Shown piece after piece: positions 18,700 to 29,700 of a stretch of DNA of 64,000 nt (position 1 is the stretch's first letter; every line of letters starts with the position of its first letter). The notes under the pieces are model-generated. The model was not told the origin of the DNA. It worked only from the letters and a program-made list of their open reading frames with translations, and did no database searches. The position numbers were made by a program, and so were the translations under genes. This stretch comes from an uncultured Verrucomicrobiae bacterium. GTDB lineage: Bacteria > Verrucomicrobiota > Verrucomicrobiia > Chthoniobacterales > UBA10450. Where the stretch lies: the NCBI GenBank assembly GCA_963735805.1, contig CAVTMK010000004.1, forward strand, positions 640,001-704,000. The letters run 5' to 3'.

Positions 18700-19191
18700 T
18701 CAGTGCGCTCGATGCTCGCCCGACTTGGCGCCGCTTACTACCAACCTGCGGCCGAGAAATTCCTTATCGTGCAATTCTTCCACGGCACGTTTCGCTTCCT
18801 CAACGGTTTGCATCTGCACAAACGCAAATCCTTTTGAGCGCTGATTGTGCCGATAACTTACGACTTCCGCGTTTTGGACGTGACCGACGCCGTTGAACAA
18901 TTCGAACAGATCGCTCTCGGTTGCATCGAAAGACAAGTTGCCAACGTACAGACGAGGCGAAGTGACTTCGATCCGTTCAGGTTTGCGTGCGAGTCGGGAA
19001 GGCTGAGCGCCGTTGCGCGCTACAGCTGCGGCTTTCGTAGTGCCATCTCCGAAAAACGCGGCGATTCGCTGCCAGAATGTCTTTTTTTGCGGTTTCGCTT
19101 CTACTCGCTGCTGACGCGCGTGCTCGTTGCCTCTGCGTCGGGAGCCACCGCGCGAACGCTGTGAGCGTCTCCCACTTGAATAAGAGTTCAT
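18700..19191 (-). CDS. RRM (RNP-1) RNA-binding protein with Arg/Gly-rich N-terminus
   Basis: RNP2 LYVGNL and RNP1 SKGFAFVQM; start at ATG 19191 (MNSYSS) preceded by AAGGA. Confidence 0.9.
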   Translation of the reverse strand: MNSYSSGRRSQRSRGGSRRRGNEHARQQRVEAKPQKKTFWQRIAAFFGDGTTKAAAVARNGAQPSRLARKPERIEVTSPRLYVGNLSFDATESDLFELFNGVGHVQNAEVVSYRHNQRSKGFAFVQMQTVEEAKRAVEELHDKEFLGRRLVVSGAKSGEHRAH

Positions 19192-19485
19192 ATTGATCCT
19201 TAGGTTGCATCCAATTGTTAAATAGGCGGAGCGCATCGATCGATGCACCGTCCACAGCGTGCCAATCATCCGGAGCCCATTCAAACAATTTGGGGGCTCT
19301 CTGCGACGCCGTTGGAAACTCCGCCTCGTCAAGCCGGGATCGGTCTTGTCTTAAAGTGCGAGCCCGCGGACTCAACCAACGAAGCAGCCAGGGCGCAAAG
19401 GGTCGCACCGTGGTATCGAAAAATCTGAATCGTCGTAGAAAACGGAGGCTCGGAAAACCGAACAAGAATCCCGACATCTCGCGCC

Positions 19486-19514
19486 ATTATGGCTTGTGTC
19501 GGCCTGGATTGCAA
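19486..19514 (-). promoter_or_regulatory. Sigma70-like promoter of the RRM gene
   Basis: Minus strand TTGCAA-17 nt-CATAAT; implies a 5' leader of about 290 nt. Confidence 0.65.
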
Positions 19515-19639
19515 GCGGAAGGATTGGAACCCACCGAAGCCGTAGGGCGATGTCGAGGTCTCGCGTCACGCTAAATTCCACCGAAGGCGCCAATTCCATT
19601 TGGAGAACTCCCTCGCTTGCTCCCGGGCTGGGGATTATG

Positions 19640-20644
19640 TCAGCGGGTGATCTGGTCGCGCAAGGAATACGCGCGTGATTTTATGTATTCTCGCGGACGT
19701 TCGCCACGAATTGGACGCACAAATGATCGCAGTTCGCGTCGGCTTAATTGTGGCTCGTAGCCGAATTCCGGCATGAGATCGCGGCAATGCCATTCTACCC
19801 ATCCGATTTCATCTTCGGATAGTTCCCGTTGCCAGCGCGTGGCCGGTTCCGAACTGATCTGCGAAAAATTGGTTCGTGCTGCTGAGTTACCACTCCAAAA
19901 TCGGCCCACTTTTGTCGGCGTCAGCACTGTTTCCGGATCGAAGTTGATCTCCAGGTAACCGCAAACCTCTTCCATTGTTCTGGACGGCTCGCAGACCAAT
20001 CGCTCATACGGCACCACAAGACCTGGAAACTCACCATCACGCACACGTCTGGCCAATCCAGCTGCGACCAGCCAGTGGGCGATCACGTAATAAGTCGAGA
20101 ACCTTCCCGTTTGCCTTGTTTTCTCCAGCGCGATTTGCGCCGCAAGAATGGCACGCGGATCCCGGATGGTGACCAGAATTTTTGCATGAGGAAAACGCCC
20201 GAGAATTTCCGGAATGTGATTTCGATTAGCCGGCGTTTTTTCCACCCATCGGGTGATGCTGTCCAGCGGACGGTCCAATGCGGCCGCGTACGCTTTGACC
20301 ATCAGCACGAGAAGATCTTCCCCCACATTGACAGGATCAAATGCGGCGCGCTCGAATGTATCCAGAAATGTCTCACGCGGGAACGTCGCGTAGTTCCGCT
20401 TGCCCCATTTGCATGGTCCGCCGAAAAGGACGTTGGAAAGCGATTGTTTGGTCAGGTAATCAAACTGCGCGCGGCGACCGCGTGGCGCGTATTTGGTTAG
20501 GACTGTGGGGAAATAGGCCGTTTCTTCGGGCAACACGAGCAATTCGGGATGGTTATCGAGCAACGCCACTAAGAGCGTCGTGCCGGATTTCGCTTGTCCC
20601 GCGATGAAGGAAGCTCGCTGCTCAAATGGCAATTCCGAAATCAC
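19640..20644 (-). CDS. Sulfotransferase family protein
   Basis: 5'-PSB loop GQAKSGTTLL, WVEKTP, IRDPR, YERLV.EP. Confidence 0.88.
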   Translation of the reverse strand: MISELPFEQRASFIAGQAKSGTTLLVALLDNHPELLVLPEETAYFPTVLTKYAPRGRRAQFDYLTKQSLSNVLFGGPCKWGKRNYATFPRETFLDTFERAAFDPVNVGEDLLVLMVKAYAAALDRPLDSITRWVEKTPANRNHIPEILGRFPHAKILVTIRDPRAILAAQIALEKTRQTGRFSTYYVIAHWLVAAGLARRVRDGEFPGLVVPYERLVCEPSRTMEEVCGYLEINFDPETVLTPTKVGRFWSGNSAARTNFSQISSEPATRWQRELSEDEIGWVEWHCRDLMPEFGYEPQLSRRELRSFVRPIRGERPREYIKSRAYSLRDQITR

Positions 20645-20742
20645 GGCAAAGATTACAACATATGTTTGGGAAATGATAATGCCCCGAGGTGTATTCGAAG
20701 CAGCAAACGATTGAAACAGCCCAGAGGATTGCCCGTCCTACT

Positions 20743-21717
20743 TCACTGGCGGGGCGCGTTACTGCGTGTGCGCCGTTCTTGTTGCAAAAACCAATCAATG
20801 AACTTTGGCAGTCCCTCGCTCAACCGGGTAGTTGGATTATAACCCAGTAACTTTCTCGCTTTCGAAATATCCGCGGAAGTCATGGGCATATCGCCCGGTT
20901 GTTCCGGCAGGTGGTTGATTTTCGCCTTTTTCCCAAGCGTATTTTCGATTGCAACGATCAACTCTTTGAGCTGGATGGTCTCGCTCTCACCCAGATTAAA
21001 GATATCAAATTGCGGACCTTCGTATTGGAGTGAGGCCATCGTTCCCTGAATTACATCATCAATATACGTGTAGTCGCGGCGCGTGCTGCCGTCGCCAAAT
21101 TGCTCGATCGGTTGCCCGGCGTAAATGCGCCGGGTGAATTGATGAATCGCCAAATCGGGCCTTTGCCGCGGACCGTATACAGTGAAATAGCGAAGCGCGA
21201 CTACGCGCAATTGGTAAAGGTGTGAGTAAGTCGAGCACAGGAATTCGCCCGCAATTTTTGTCGCTGCGTATGGACTGAGCGTCTGAGTCAGATGTTGATC
21301 TTCAGAAAAAGGCACGGTTTTCGAGGCGCCGTAGACGGATGAACTCGACGCAAAGATGAATTTTTCAACGCCCGTCAGTCGCGCCGCCTCGAGCAGATGC
21401 AGTGTCCCAGTGACATTGGTGTCGTAATAGAGTTGTGGGTGTTGAATCGATGGGCGGACCCCGGCGCGAGCTGCAAGATGCGCGATCACATCAAATTTTC
21501 CGCGATGAAACAAATTTCGCACTGACTCACCATCTCGAAGATCGTGATGGTGGATGGTCACATGTTTGGCGAAACCAGCGATGTTTGCCTGCTTGATTTG
21601 CGGATCGTAAAAATCGTTGAAGTCATCGACGATGGCGACCGTGTGGCCAGCTGCCAGCAAGGTTTCAGCAAGATGGGAGCCAATGAAGCCCGCACCGCCT
21701 GTGACCAGAATTCGCAT
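20743..21717 (-). CDS. NAD-dependent sugar epimerase, UDP-glucuronate 4-epimerase-like
   Basis: ILVTGGAGFIG, HLAARAGVR, ASSSSVYG, YAATK, YFTVYGPRQRPDLA, RDYTYIDD. Confidence 0.88.
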   Translation of the reverse strand: MRILVTGGAGFIGSHLAETLLAAGHTVAIVDDFNDFYDPQIKQANIAGFAKHVTIHHHDLRDGESVRNLFHRGKFDVIAHLAARAGVRPSIQHPQLYYDTNVTGTLHLLEAARLTGVEKFIFASSSSVYGASKTVPFSEDQHLTQTLSPYAATKIAGEFLCSTYSHLYQLRVVALRYFTVYGPRQRPDLAIHQFTRRIYAGQPIEQFGDGSTRRDYTYIDDVIQGTMASLQYEGPQFDIFNLGESETIQLKELIVAIENTLGKKAKINHLPEQPGDMPMTSADISKARKLLGYNPTTRLSEGLPKFIDWFLQQERRTRSNAPRQ

Positions 21718-21790
21718 GGTGCGAGGGTAGGTTTGCAACTGGCTATTGCCAAATACCAATTGGCTCGATTCCGAGCACCGGCGGCGTACC

Positions 21791-21866
21791 TGTAGCCGCG
21801 AGCGTTGACCGCAGGGGGGTGCTATGACGGGGATCCCTCCAGCCGAGGTCGGCGCCCTCGGCTACA
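21791..21866. repeat. GTAG-type REP doublet (REPIN-like)
   Basis: TGTAGCCGCG... ...CCGAGGTCGGCGCCCTCGGCTACA with inverted TGTAGCC/GGCTACA ends. Confidence 0.7.
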
Positions 21867-21880
21867 AGCCGGGTGCGTGT

Positions 21881-22306
21881 CTAACTAAAATTGCGCCAGT
21901 GCAACAGGAGATATGTCCAGTTTAACGCCAGCGCCGATACAACTGATGCGCGGACAGCTGTTTTCGCTGTCGACGTCGGAAAACGGATGCGCAATCGCGG
22001 CCCACGCGTGACAAGCACGAACAATGCATAAAGATCAAACGCGATTACGGCGCACAGCGCTGTGAACACGAGAGGGTTCCATCTCAGTGCGGCGAGAAAA
22101 TGACCGTGAAAGAATTGGATCCCGCATCGCGTCATGCCGCACGTAACGCACGGCAAACTGGTGAGCTCGCGAAAAGTGCAGCGCGGCCATGGCAAACCAA
22201 TTGTTAGCCAGGCTGCCGCTAGTCCGAGCGATCCAAGGGAGACGACTAGCCAGAGTAACTCGTAATCGATTTCACCTGGGGCAAGGCGCCGGATGTGAAG
22301 TCGCAT
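21881..22306 (-). CDS. DUF2752-like membrane protein
   Basis: CTFRELTSLPCVTCGMTR ... ALRWNPL signature; start at ATG 22306. Confidence 0.8.
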   Translation of the reverse strand: MRLHIRRLAPGEIDYELLWLVVSLGSLGLAAAWLTIGLPWPRCTFRELTSLPCVTCGMTRCGIQFFHGHFLAALRWNPLVFTALCAVIAFDLYALFVLVTRGPRLRIRFPTSTAKTAVRASVVSALALNWTYLLLHWRNFS

Positions 22307-22319
22307 TGTGCCCCAAACG

Positions 22320-23168
22320 TCAATGATGTGATGCGCTCCAGACACCCAACGCGCCGAACATGAATGCGATGAGCAATCCGCCGCCGCAACAAACAATTAG
22401 CGGCAGGAAAACTGCAAGAACAGCGCGACCGGTATCGGTTTCATGAGCGCGCGCCAACCCGATGCAGTTACAAACGAGCGCCCAGACACCAGCGATCAGT
22501 CCGCCACAAACCGGGATCATCTGCAAAGGACCGGCGGAGCCTTGAGAAAAAGCGACGACGCGGAAAGTGGTTTCAAAAGGTTGATTTGCGCCACCAACGA
22601 TCATCAAACAGAGGTGCACAATAGCGCTGCCGACGAACAGTCCGATTACGACGAGCAGCGGCACCAGAACGATAAATGCGGCGGAGCCGCCCATCCCGGC
22701 CAGTGCACCAAACGTGTCGTGGCGATCGGCGAAGAAGCCGACCGACTGCAAGCCCAGCGAGAATAGAACCGAGACAATGCCTCCCAGACATCCACCGATC
22801 AGCGCGTAAATGAGCGGCTCACCTAAACCGCCTTCGCGTTTCATCACCGTGAATGCTTCGCCCGGTTTCGTCAGCACCATCACCAGCGTCTCGACGAATG
22901 CATTGAAAAAGCCCCGCTCTTGTCGATGCTCCCACGGCAGTCCGCTGCGTGGGGCCGAACTCGCGGCTACGCCAACCTGCGCAGGCGGCGCGGCGGTCGC
23001 GGTCGCGCTCCACTCTGGGAATTGTGACAGCGGCTGCCAGTTCGCCATTCCTTCGCGCCATCCAATGTCAGTTGGAACAAAACGGCCGGTGCGCAAACCT
23101 TCACGAACTTCTTCTTCAGAAAATGCGCCCAGACTTGTTGCACCCCGGTTAACGTGAATCATCGCCAT
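22320..23168 (-). CDS. GYF_2 (DUF4339) plus Yip1-like membrane protein
   Basis: N-terminal GAFS.EE....L..G......GWREGMANWQPL; C-terminal multi-TM Yip1-like region. Confidence 0.75.
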   Translation of the reverse strand: MAMIHVNRGATSLGAFSEEEVREGLRTGRFVPTDIGWREGMANWQPLSQFPEWSATATAAPPAQVGVAASSAPRSGLPWEHRQERGFFNAFVETLVMVLTKPGEAFTVMKREGGLGEPLIYALIGGCLGGIVSVLFSLGLQSVGFFADRHDTFGALAGMGGSAAFIVLVPLLVVIGLFVGSAIVHLCLMIVGGANQPFETTFRVVAFSQGSAGPLQMIPVCGGLIAGVWALVCNCIGLARAHETDTGRAVLAVFLPLIVCCGGGLLIAFMFGALGVWSASHH

Positions 23169-23306
23169 AATACCCTCGTTCTAACGAGACGTATAACAGA
23201 GCGCAAGGTTAAATGGGCGCTCGGCGCAGATTTGGTTAACTCGAAATTCGTGATTCGAGACTCGTGGGCCGGGGCTCGGACGAATTACGATTCACGATGT
23301 AACAAA

Positions 23307-23945
23307 TCATGAATCAAACCGGTTCGCCTTGTCAGGCGCATCCAGCGCCCGCCAGAAGTACCAAGCGGCCACCGAACGGTAGGGACGCCATTTTTCACCG
23401 AACTTCATGAGCTGTTTTGGAGTGGGGAGTTTTCGTCGGCGAAAAGTTTTAGCGAAACCTTTGCGCACACCGTAATCGTCAACCGGCCAGACATCCGGTC
23501 GGCCCAGATCGAAAAGCAGGAGCATCTCAACCGTCCAACGGCCGATTCCGTGTACCGTGGTGAGACGCTCGATGATCTCGTCGTCCGTCATGCGAACCAG
23601 TGCCCGCCCGGAAGGTACCGTACCGTCGATTGTCTTCGCTGCGAGATCTTTCAACGCGGCGGTTTTGGCGCGCGAAAGACCAGCCGCGCGAAGCGTTTCG
23701 TCCGACGTTGCCAGAAGTTGTTCCGGATCGAGCCATTTTCTCCTGGGATAAAGCGCCCGGACGCGACCAAAAATAGTCGCAGCAGCTTTTCCGCTCAGCT
23801 GCTGGTAAGCAATTGATTCGGCAAGCGCATCGAACGGCCGAATCGAAAGCGCCGGTGCGATGTTGTAGCGGCGCGAGCGCGCGATCAGCTCGGCCATTCT
23901 CGGATGGCTCGCGCTGAGAAGCTGGTGCGCGTGCTTGTGGTTCAT
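23307..23945 (-). CDS. alkA: DNA-3-methyladenine glycosylase II family (HhH-GPD)
   Basis: IAYQQLSGKAA, GIGRWTVEM, WPVDDYGVR, WRPYRSVA. Confidence 0.85.
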   Translation of the reverse strand: MNHKHAHQLLSASHPRMAELIARSRRYNIAPALSIRPFDALAESIAYQQLSGKAAATIFGRVRALYPRRKWLDPEQLLATSDETLRAAGLSRAKTAALKDLAAKTIDGTVPSGRALVRMTDDEIIERLTTVHGIGRWTVEMLLLFDLGRPDVWPVDDYGVRKGFAKTFRRRKLPTPKQLMKFGEKWRPYRSVAAWYFWRALDAPDKANRFDS

Positions 23946-23969
23946 GAAAGGCAGACGTTTTCCGTGCGC

Positions 23970-25658
23970 TCAGGGCGGGTAAATGATTTCGCCACCAATC
24001 ACAGTCATTTCATTTCGGGTTTCAAGGATTTCCGCCTCTGGAATTTTCATGATGTCTTGGGAGAGGACAGTGAAATCAGCGAGCTTGCCCACTTCGATCG
24101 AGCCCTTGTCTCTTTCTTCAAACGCGGCGTAGGCGGGCCAGATCGTAAACATTTTCACCGCATCTTCACGCGAGACGGCCTGTTCGGGATGCCAGCCTTC
24201 GCCTGACTCGCCCTTGATGCTTTTGCGCGCAACGGCAGCGTAGAATTCGATCATCGGTTCGCCCCGTTCGACTGGCGCGTCGGATCCTCCTGCAATGATG
24301 CAGCCGCTCTTGAGAAAGCTTTGCCATGCATACGCGCCTGCAAGACGGTCCATTCCAAGTCGAGCGGGAGCAAAGAACAAGTCGCTGATCGCATGCGAAG
24401 GCTGCATCGAGGGGATCACGCCAAGTTTAGCGAATCGGGGAAGATCGACAGGATCGACAATCTGCGCATGTTCAACTCGCCAGCGGGGGTCGCGAATTTT
24501 TCGTTTGTCAGACGGTACGGCTTTAAACGCTTGTTCGTAAAGATCAAGAATCAATCGGTTGGCCCGGTCGCCGATCGCGTGTGTTTCGACCTGAATACCG
24601 CGCCGAAGTGCTTCATCAAACATCGGCCGAAGCTCTTCGGGTTTCTCTGTGAGAAAACCGGACGTTTCCGGCGTGTCGCTGTACGGTTTCAACAGAGCCG
24701 CGCCCCGAGAGCCAAGCGCACCGTCGAATATCACTTTGATCGTACGCTGGGTGAAATGGTGATCGAAAGCGTTAATGGTCGGCCCGTCCCGCAAGAAATT
24801 CTGCGCATCTGCGCCGGGACCGTAGACGGCGTTGATGAACCGAATTTTGATTTTGCTCGCCTCGAACGCTTTCCGGATAAGATCAACGTCTGCTTTGTAA
24901 CTGCCGGCGTTCTGGATCTCACACCATCCGAGTTTGATTTCGCGTTCGATTCCACGCAGCAATGCTTCTTCGCGCTCAGCGTCTGTAGGCTTTGGGATAT
25001 TTTTCGCTACAAGGTCCTGCGCGTTGTCGAGCAACATCCCATTCGGTTCGCCGTTCTGTTTTAAAATCTGGCCGCCAAAAGGATCCGGCGTGTCCTTGTC
25101 AATTCTGGCGATTTTTAGCGCGGCCGAATTAGCAACTGAAGCGTGGCCATCTGCGCGCGTAAGAAAAACAGGATGGTCAGGCGCGATCTTGTCGAGCTCC
25201 TCGCGCTTTGGAAATTGCGGCGGTTTCCAAAACGTTTCGATCCATCCACGTCCGGTGATCCATTTACCTTGGGCCGTTTTGTGGACGCGTTCCTTCACCC
25301 TGGCCAGAAAATCTTCAAGTGAAGTTGTCCCTTCCAGGTTCAATCGCATTTCGCGTTCACCGATCCCAAAAATGTGGCAATGCGAATCGGTGAAGCCGGG
25401 CACGACCGTGCGACCGTGAAGATCGACCATTTTCGCAGGGTGAAATTTTTTCGCGTCTTCATTTGAACCGACAAACAGCACACGTCCATTTTTCGACGCT
25501 ATGGCTTCGACGCGCGGCTGGCGGTCGTTGACCGTGTAAACGTTCCCATTTGTTAGAAGGAGATCGACCTCTTCTGCCTGTGCCACTGCCCCAATGAAAA
25601 ACCCAAGCAGAAAGAACACCAGTCGTTTTCGTGTGAAGTTCACCGAACGTCCTCTCAA
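23970..25658 (-). CDS. Secreted metal-dependent amidohydrolase (YtcJ-like)
   Basis: PGFTDSHCH, DGALGSRGA, HAIGDRA, RVEHAQ, GSDAPVE, KGSIEVGKLADF; signal peptide. Confidence 0.9.
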   Translation of the reverse strand: MRGRSVNFTRKRLVFFLLGFFIGAVAQAEEVDLLLTNGNVYTVNDRQPRVEAIASKNGRVLFVGSNEDAKKFHPAKMVDLHGRTVVPGFTDSHCHIFGIGEREMRLNLEGTTSLEDFLARVKERVHKTAQGKWITGRGWIETFWKPPQFPKREELDKIAPDHPVFLTRADGHASVANSAALKIARIDKDTPDPFGGQILKQNGEPNGMLLDNAQDLVAKNIPKPTDAEREEALLRGIEREIKLGWCEIQNAGSYKADVDLIRKAFEASKIKIRFINAVYGPGADAQNFLRDGPTINAFDHHFTQRTIKVIFDGALGSRGAALLKPYSDTPETSGFLTEKPEELRPMFDEALRRGIQVETHAIGDRANRLILDLYEQAFKAVPSDKRKIRDPRWRVEHAQIVDPVDLPRFAKLGVIPSMQPSHAISDLFFAPARLGMDRLAGAYAWQSFLKSGCIIAGGSDAPVERGEPMIEFYAAVARKSIKGESGEGWHPEQAVSREDAVKMFTIWPAYAAFEERDKGSIEVGKLADFTVLSQDIMKIPEAEILETRNEMTVIGGEIIYPP

Positions 25659-25981
25659 AGCTGCGGAGTTGAAGCTGACAGCTTCCTCTTCGGAATCAAT
25701 ATCGCGCTTCCGTGCTTGACGTGCCGCCGAACTTTTGACGTCATCAGTTTTGCCGACTGTTTGCTTTCTGTATCGGAAAAGCGAACGCTTTTGTCGGTAT
25801 GGGATTGAATAATGAATTTTCTTTTGCTACCGCTGGACAGATTTATAGAATCTTGGTTTCCCCTCAGGCGAAAAAGAAACCTTAACCCTTTTTGGACTGT
25901 CTGAACGCAGCGCATTTTGATTTCAACGTTGATTTGTTGTGGTGGCTGGTGTTGTCCGGAGCCGCATTTGCGTGATATCCC

Positions 25982-26707
25982 ATGGCCAACTTCTTTCCAC
26001 GCTGGACCAACTGGATACCGCTAAAACTGGTGGTGTGCGGCATCATTGCGGTCTGTGGATTGACCGCAGCTACCTGGTATTACGCGACGCCAAAGTACAC
26101 CAAAATTGGCTACGAACCGATCCAGCCGGTGCCGTTTCCGCACGACATCCATGTGACGCAACTGGGAATGGATTGCCGCTATTGCCATAGCTTTGTGGAA
26201 ATGGCGGCCCAGTCCAATGTGCCGAATACTCAGACCTGCATGAATTGCCATACGCAGGTGCAAAAGGATAATCCGAAACTGGAGCCGGTGCGGACCAGCT
26301 GGAAAACGGGTAATCCGGTGGAATGGGTGTGGATCTATCGCACCGTCGATTACGTTTATTACAATCACGCGGCGCACGTGAACCGCGGCATCAGCTGTTT
26401 CAGTTGCCACGGCTCGGTCAATCATATGTCGACGGTGTATCTCGCCAAACCGCATAGCATGGCGTGGTGCCTTGAATGCCATCGGCATCCGGAGAATTTT
26501 TTGCGGCCCGAAGATCAGGTTTTCAATCTCGATTGGAAACCGGACGATGTGAAACCGGTGGAATTTGTGGCGAAGTACGGGCAGCCGCATGACGCCGGCG
26601 AGGATTTTTCAAAGAAGAAGAAACTAACCCAGGAGGAGATTGGCCAGACATTGAAAGAACACTGGAACATCAATCCGCCGACAAACTGTCAGGGGTGCCA
26701 CCGATGA
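25982..26707 (+). CDS. actA: Alternative complex III pentaheme cytochrome c subunit
   Basis: N-terminal TM plus five CxxCH (CRYCH, CMNCH, CFSCH, CLECH, CQGCH); PIQPVPFPHDIH. Confidence 0.93.
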   Translation: MANFFPRWTNWIPLKLVVCGIIAVCGLTAATWYYATPKYTKIGYEPIQPVPFPHDIHVTQLGMDCRYCHSFVEMAAQSNVPNTQTCMNCHTQVQKDNPKLEPVRTSWKTGNPVEWVWIYRTVDYVYYNHAAHVNRGISCFSCHGSVNHMSTVYLAKPHSMAWCLECHRHPENFLRPEDQVFNLDWKPDDVKPVEFVAKYGQPHDAGEDFSKKKKLTQEEIGQTLKEHWNINPPTNCQGCHR

Positions 26708-29700
26708 AACGCGTATTCAAGCATCCACCGGAGCCGCCAAACGGCAAGCGTTACTGGCGCAGCCTGGGCGAATACAGTGATTCGCCCGAATTCCGGCAGT
26801 GGCTGGAACGCGAATTTCCACAGGGCGCAGCAGAGCTGAACGGCGACGAATGGTCGCGACGCGATTTTGTGAAACTGATGGGGGCATCCATGGCGCTCGC
26901 CGGGGTCGGCCTAACGAGTTGTCGCAGACCGGAGCTGCACCTCGTTCCGTTTACAAAAAACGTTGAGTGGACGATTCCCGGAAAATTTCTCTACTACGCG
27001 ACGGCAATGCCGCGGCGCAACGGCGCCATTCCACTGCTCGCCACAACCGTGGACGGACGTCCAATCAAGCTGGAGGGCAATCCGTTGCATCCGGCGACTG
27101 GTGGCGCGACAGACACGTTCACTCAGGCGTCGATTCTGGACCTATACGATCCAACCCGATCCAAACGGTTTGTCCGTGATGGGAAAACGAGCAAGCGCGA
27201 AGATTTCGAGGCTTACCTCAGCGACGTTCGCAATAAGCTTCTCGCCGATCGCGGCGACAGCGTGGCGTTTCTTGTGGAAGAAACAAATTCGCCAACGCGC
27301 GAGCGGTTGCGGGCCGAGTTGGAAAAAAATCTTCCGGGCATGCGCTGGTGTGTTTACGAACCGCTTTTGAGTCAGGGCTCGATCGCAGCCACGCAGAATG
27401 CGTTTGGCGCTGGGGCACGCCTGATTCCCAAATTCGATCGAGCCGATGTGATTCTCGCTTTGGACAGCGATTTTCTTGATTGCGGCCAGGGCGATTTGGC
27501 GTCCGTACGCGCATTCAGCTCGCGTCGGCGTGTGAGCACGCCCAAAGACAGCATGAACCGGCTGTATGTTGTGGAAAGTCGGTTCACGCTCACGGGTGCG
27601 ATGGCAGACCATCGGCTCCGTTGTCCGGCTAGCCAGATCGCCGCGATAACGCACGCGCTCGCAGCTAAAATTCTGGCGGGAACAAGCGATTCGAGTCTTG
27701 GGTCGGTCATGGGAAATTTCCAGGCACCGCCCTCGAGTTCGTCCGGGGCTGCGACCTTCGACGAGACATGGATCAGCGGTTTGGCAAATGATCTAATGGC
27801 AAAACCGGGAGCCAGTCTGGTGCTCGTTGGTCCATCTCAGCCGGTCGGAGTGCAATTACTTGCGTACGCGATCAACGCGGCACTCAAAAATCTCGGCCAG
27901 ACCTTGCTCGTTCGCCAAACCCCGCATAACCCACGAACAATCGAGATATCGCAACTCGCAGCTGACATTAATGACGGGCGCATCAAGCATCTTTTCATTC
28001 TTGGAGGCGACCCGGTTTACAACGCGCCGCGCGGATTGGCTCAGGACAAACAAAAGAATCTCCCGCTAGATTGGTCCGAACTGCAAAAACGGGTACCCGA
28101 GATCGTGCGGCTCGGTTATCACGAGGATGCCACATCGGCGTTGAGCCAATGGCACGTCCCGGCCGCACATTTCCTGGAATCATGGGGGGATGCGGTTACT
28201 GCGGATGGCGAGTACTTGTCGATTCAGCCGATGATTTTGCCGATCTTCGGCGGTCTTTCGGAAATCGAGTTTCTCAACGCATTGCTAGGTGGACCCAAAA
28301 CCGAAGGACCAGAGCTGATCCAGGAAACGTTCCGGTCTACAAATCCGGCTGGCGATTTTCCAACCGCCTGGTCGCGTTTCCTTCACGATGGTTTTGCGGC
28401 GCACGTTCAGCCGCGTGATCAGCCCTCGGCCTTCAATGCAAATGCAGGTACCCCGCAGAATCAAAGTCCGTGGACGTTGCCGCCGGCGCCGACGCCCGAT
28501 TCACCCGAAGTTGTGCTGACAGCCAGCTATTCGATGGACGACGGCCGCTATGCTAACAACGGCTGGCTTCAAGAATTACCTGATCCAATCACAAAGCTTA
28601 CCTGGGATAACGCGGCACTAATGAGTCCCGCTTTTTCCAAAAAGCTTGGCGTCTCGACTGGTGATCTGGTGCAGATCACAATTAACGAAAAGAGCGAGGG
28701 CGGGCAGCCGGTCAGGCGCGAACTAGTCATCGCGGCGCTGGTATCGCCAGGCCACGCCGAAAATTCCGTTACTGTCCCGCTGGGCTATGGCCGAAAAATG
28801 CCGGAGTTAAATGCGCTGCCATACGCGGGTGGAGGACTGAAAGAGGAACCGAAGATTGCCGAGCAGGGCGGTTTCAATGGTTATTTTCTACGCACGGCGG
28901 CAAATCCGTACTTTGTCGTCGCGGGAGGGCAGGGGATCGAGAGTGTCAGCGTATCAAAAGTTGGTCGCGCTTATCCGTTCTCAATTATGCAGGAGCAGTT
29001 CAGCATCGAAGGTCGCGGTCTTGTCCGTGAGGCGACGCTGGAAGGCTACCGTGAAAACAATGAGTTTGCGAAAAAGATTCCCGGTGAGGAAGAACTGTCC
29101 CACCCGCCGCCAAGCATCTATACACACCCGCCGCTGAAAGCGCCCCAGCAGTGGGGAATGAGTATCGATTTGAACGTGTGCACCGGGTGTAGCGCCTGTG
29201 TGGTCGCATGCCAGGCGGAGAATAACGTCCCCGTGGTCGGCAAGCTACAGGTGTCGCATGGCCGAATCATGCACTGGCTACGAATTGATCGCTATTATGC
29301 TAGCCGCAAACCGTACAATCAGGACCGCGGCGACTGGCCGGAGGATGCTGAGATCGTACATCAGCCGATGCCCTGTCAGCATTGCGAGAATGCGCCGTGC
29401 GAAACGGTTTGCCCGGTCAATGCCACCGTTCACAGCGAGGACGGTCTAAACGTCATGGCTTACAATCGCTGTGTCGGTACGCGATTTTGCTCGAATAACT
29501 GCCCGTACAAGGTGCGCCGGTTTAATTTCTTTGATTACAATCAAAGGCCCGTCGGCAAGAGGAAGGTCGCCGGCGCTTTCAGCATCTTCGAAGAATATTT
29601 CGCGCCGCTCACCGTTAAGGGCGCGCCGGACACGATCAAGATGCAAAAAAATCCGAACGTGACGGTGCGCATGCGCGGCGTAATGGAAAAATGCAGCTTC

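Noticed and set aside
19192..19640. Possible RNase P RNA or tmRNA in the 450 bp structured gap
   Set aside because: No GAGGAAAGTCC or ACAGAA.CCGGCTTA (rnpB) and no tRNA-like TTCGA.TCCC...CCA end (tmRNA) on either strand; better explained as a leader.
25659..25981. FNR/CRP box upstream of actA, and the 86 aa ORF at 25655-25915
   Set aside because: TTGAT and TTGAC half-sites lack a correctly spaced ATCAA partner; the ORF has no recognisable features and lies in an AT-rich divergent promoter region.
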